Origin: Chlorokybus atmophyticus
Taxonomy: Eukaryota; Plantae; Mesostigma and Chlorokybus algae
Reading direction: 5' to 3'
Assembly: GCA_009103225.1 (NCBI GenBank)
Contig: RHPI01002990.1
Span: 494,781-547,366 of the forward strand
Length of the DNA: 52,586 bases
Below are positions 49,816 through 52,586 of the stretch, piece after piece; within the stretch, counting starts at the first letter, position 1, and each line of letters starts with the position of its first letter. The notes below the pieces were generated by a model. It made no database searches and was not told the DNA's origin. It worked only from the letters and a program-made list of their open reading frames with translations. The position numbers and the translations under genes are program-made.

Positions 49816-51850
49816 CACGCGCATTTAATGTAGAAGCTTGCGCTCAACAATGTGATGCATGTTCTACAGGTGTCCACACATTGCAACAACAGGCAACATC
49901 TGCGTGTACTGTCCCGGGGGACCGGACTCCGACTTTGAGTACAGTACTCAATCATACACGGGTTATGAGCCGACAAGCATGCGCGCTATTCGTGCCCGCT
50001 ACGATCCGTATGCGCAAGCTCGCGGGCGCCTCGACCAGCTCCGACGCCTCGGACACAGCGTGGACAAGGTCGAGTTCATCCTTATGGGCGGGACATTCAT
50101 GTCTCTGCCAACAGACTATAGGGACTACTTTGTGCGCAACCTGCATGATGCTCTCTCCGGCCACTCTTCCAGCTCTGTAGCAGAGGCAGCCAAGTATGCC
50201 GAGCAGGTCTGCATGTATGCGTCATGTACATGCTATGTCTCTGTTGAGAACTGATGACCCACTTGACCGCACGCGCACTTGGTAGTTTGAAGGACTGTCT
50301 GAACCCTGTGTGCATCATCTCAGGCTGCTATCAGGTGTATTGGTCTCACCATTGAGACCCGGCCAGACTACTGCCAGGGTGTTCATCTGCGACAGATGCT
50401 GCTGTACGGTTGCACGCGCTTGGAGATAGGTGTTCAGTCTACGTACGAAGACGTTGCACGCGATACGAACCGAGGGCACACTGTTGAAGCAGTCAAGGAC
50501 TGTTTCTGCCTTGCCAAGGTGTGTGCGCTTATGTGTAGTCTGTGTGCGCGCACGCGCACACGTGTCCATGTATATGCGGAGCTGTGTGTGCACAGTAAGA
50601 TGGCACACCGCATGCAGCAACTTGATGCTTAGAAGCTTTTGTTTTGCAGGATGCTGGTTTCAAGGTGGTTGCTCACATGATGCCAGACTTGCCTAACGTG
50701 GGTCTAGAGCGCGATATGGAGAGCTTGAAGGAGTTCTTCGAGAACCCGGCCTTCCGAACTGATGGCCTCAAGTTGTACCCAACGCTCGTCATCCGCGGCA
50801 CAGGCCTGTACGAGCTGTGGAAAACAGGCCGGTACAAAAACTATCCACCCGAGGTATGAACTGCCAGACTCATCCTTGGTTGTGTGTATCAGAGTATAAC
50901 TGCCTGCGTCATAGTATTGACAAAGCCTCCTTGCTTGTCAGGTGCTGGTTGATTTAGTTGCCCGAGTGTTAGCGCTTATCCCGCCGTGGACCCGTGTTTA
51001 TCGTATACAGCGCGATATTCCTATGCCGTTAGTTACTTCAGGTAAGGGTGCTTGGCGTATGTGGTATAAACAGCTCTTGTGCAGAACAGAATGAAGCAAA
51101 CCTTCTACTTGGCAGGGGTGGAGAAGGGTAATCTGAGGGAGCTGGCCCTTGCGCGCATGCAAGACTTGGGTCTGAAGTGTCGCGATGTGAGAACGCGTGA
51201 GGTTGGAATTCAGGTACGCCCTTCATGTTCACGTATCTGCAATAATGCACTTCAAATGTATGCATGCGATCGTGTCCAGTTCCATCGATTGATGTCTGCG
51301 CCTGATGTTGACAGCAATGCTCAATGGTGCTGTGCGGTTGACATATCATGCAGGACATTCATCACAAGGTCAGGCCGGATCAAGTGGAGCTGATACGGCG
51401 GGACTATGTGGCCAACGGGGGCTGGGAGACGTTTCTGGCTTATGAAGATCCCATGCAAGACATCTTGGTAGGCTTGCTACGCTTGCGCAAGTGCGCCGCC
51501 AACACCACAATGCCAGAGCTAACGGGACGATGCTCCATTGTGCGCGAGCTACATGTGTATGGCACAGCCATCCCTGTGCACAGCAGAGATGAGAAAACAT
51601 TTCAACATCAGGTTCGCTCTCACAGACATGCACTCTGATTGAACAGAAATAAGGCAAACAACCTAGGCTGACTTCTTTGTATGTATTCATGCAGGGTTAT
51701 GGCACGCTTCTTATGGAGGAGGCAGAGAGGATTGCGCGCGACGAGCACAGATCACATAAGCTGGCTGTCATCTCAGGCATCGGCACCAGACACTACTACA
51801 GGCGGTTAGGCTATGAGCTAGAAGGTCCATACATGACTAAGCTCATATGA
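49082..51850 (+). CDS. ELP3: Elongator complex protein 3 (radical SAM plus GNAT), 9 exons; start codon provisional
   Basis: [13 protein letters not shown]; [11 protein letters not shown]; [19 protein letters not shown]; [15 protein letters not shown]; [11 protein letters not shown]; HMMPDLP; RELHVYG; QHQGYG; [20 protein letters not shown]. Confidence 0.98.
49489..49783. other. Assembly gap within a (TA)n tract in ELP3 intron 2
   Basis: Run of N flanked by TA repeats. Confidence 0.95.
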
Positions 51851-52564
51851 CAGCGCGTGCGATCTTCTTGGCATTGATCTTGTACATAGTAGTTGCTGCG
51901 TGTTCACATCAATAAGCAAGTGTTGCTTGCCTCTTTTCTATATAAGGTTGCGCTATAGCGATGTTCAGATTCATGCAATTAATGCACGATTGCTCGTAAC
52001 CATTGTGCCTCTCAAAATGACATGCACGGTGCATGATGCAACTAGTAGTGCATGTCAAGTGTAAACTTGACATGTGCATAGTGTCTGAATAGACCGATCT
52101 CATCTAACCTTGCATGAGTTAATACATGAGTCATACACCTCCGCAATGCTTGTAGCATGCACGGTGCTGTGGGTTGCTGAACTCATGTGCATGCAGCTCT
52201 ATGTGAGTTATGTTACATAAGTGCTTGCACCGCTTAACCACAAAGTATTTGGAGATGATAATAAACACATATGATGAATGCTGTAAATAGCAACATATGT
52301 GAATGCACATCTTGAAGTATAAGTATACTTAACTATACTTATGAATTACCATTGTCGATGTATGTTAAAAAGAGTCATTACAATCATATAACATGATCAT
52401 TGAAAACTCACAAGGCAAATGCAACATTCAAAACAACATGTTTTCTTATGTTTGCACGTCCAGTGGACGTCATCCACGCGCGGTACGTTTATACTAGTAC
52501 ATATGTCATATATTCCTTATAAAAAGATATTGCGGAATTTGCACTTGGTGCCCAAATATTGTGT

Positions 52565-52586
52565 ATATATATATATATATATATAT
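52565..52586. repeat. (TA)n microsatellite at the window end
   Basis: Read directly from the sequence. Confidence 0.9.

Noticed and set aside
1-52586. tRNA, rRNA, CRISPR arrays or prokaryotic defence systems
   Set aside because: No such structures were seen. The window is spliceosomal eukaryotic DNA.

Overview
This is eukaryotic, intron-rich nuclear DNA in the standard genetic code. It comes from a green-lineage organism, probably an alga; the gene content is land-plant-like, so a streptophyte alga is plausible, but that is inference. Most entries in the ORF track are spurious, and the real genes had to be spliced by hand. Genes recognised from left to right: an intact SnoaL-like (NTF2-fold) gene with three decayed paralogues, an EF-hand cation/Ca2+ exchanger (NCL/EF-CAX), an HPP-family plastid transporter, a DUF4460/DUF4461 TCAIM-like mitochondrial protein, a TGD4/LPTD1-family lipid-transfer protein, a CENP-P/Ctf19-like kinetochore protein, gamma-COP, organellar ribosomal bS21, two unknown multi-exon genes (one MYND-like), XPF/ERCC4 and ELP3. 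An AT-rich island at about 11.9-17.1 kb holds a TA-flanked Tc1/mariner-type MITE and a 540-bp tandem repeat with fossil coding signal. The most notable observations are a convincing 8-exon CENP-P-like gene, roughly 10% GC-AG introns, a birth-and-death SnoaL array in inverted blocks around NCL, and the fossil tandem ORF. Two exact gene-fragment duplicates beside Ns are probably assembly artefacts. All protein comparisons were made by eye from remembered family motifs; no searches were run.
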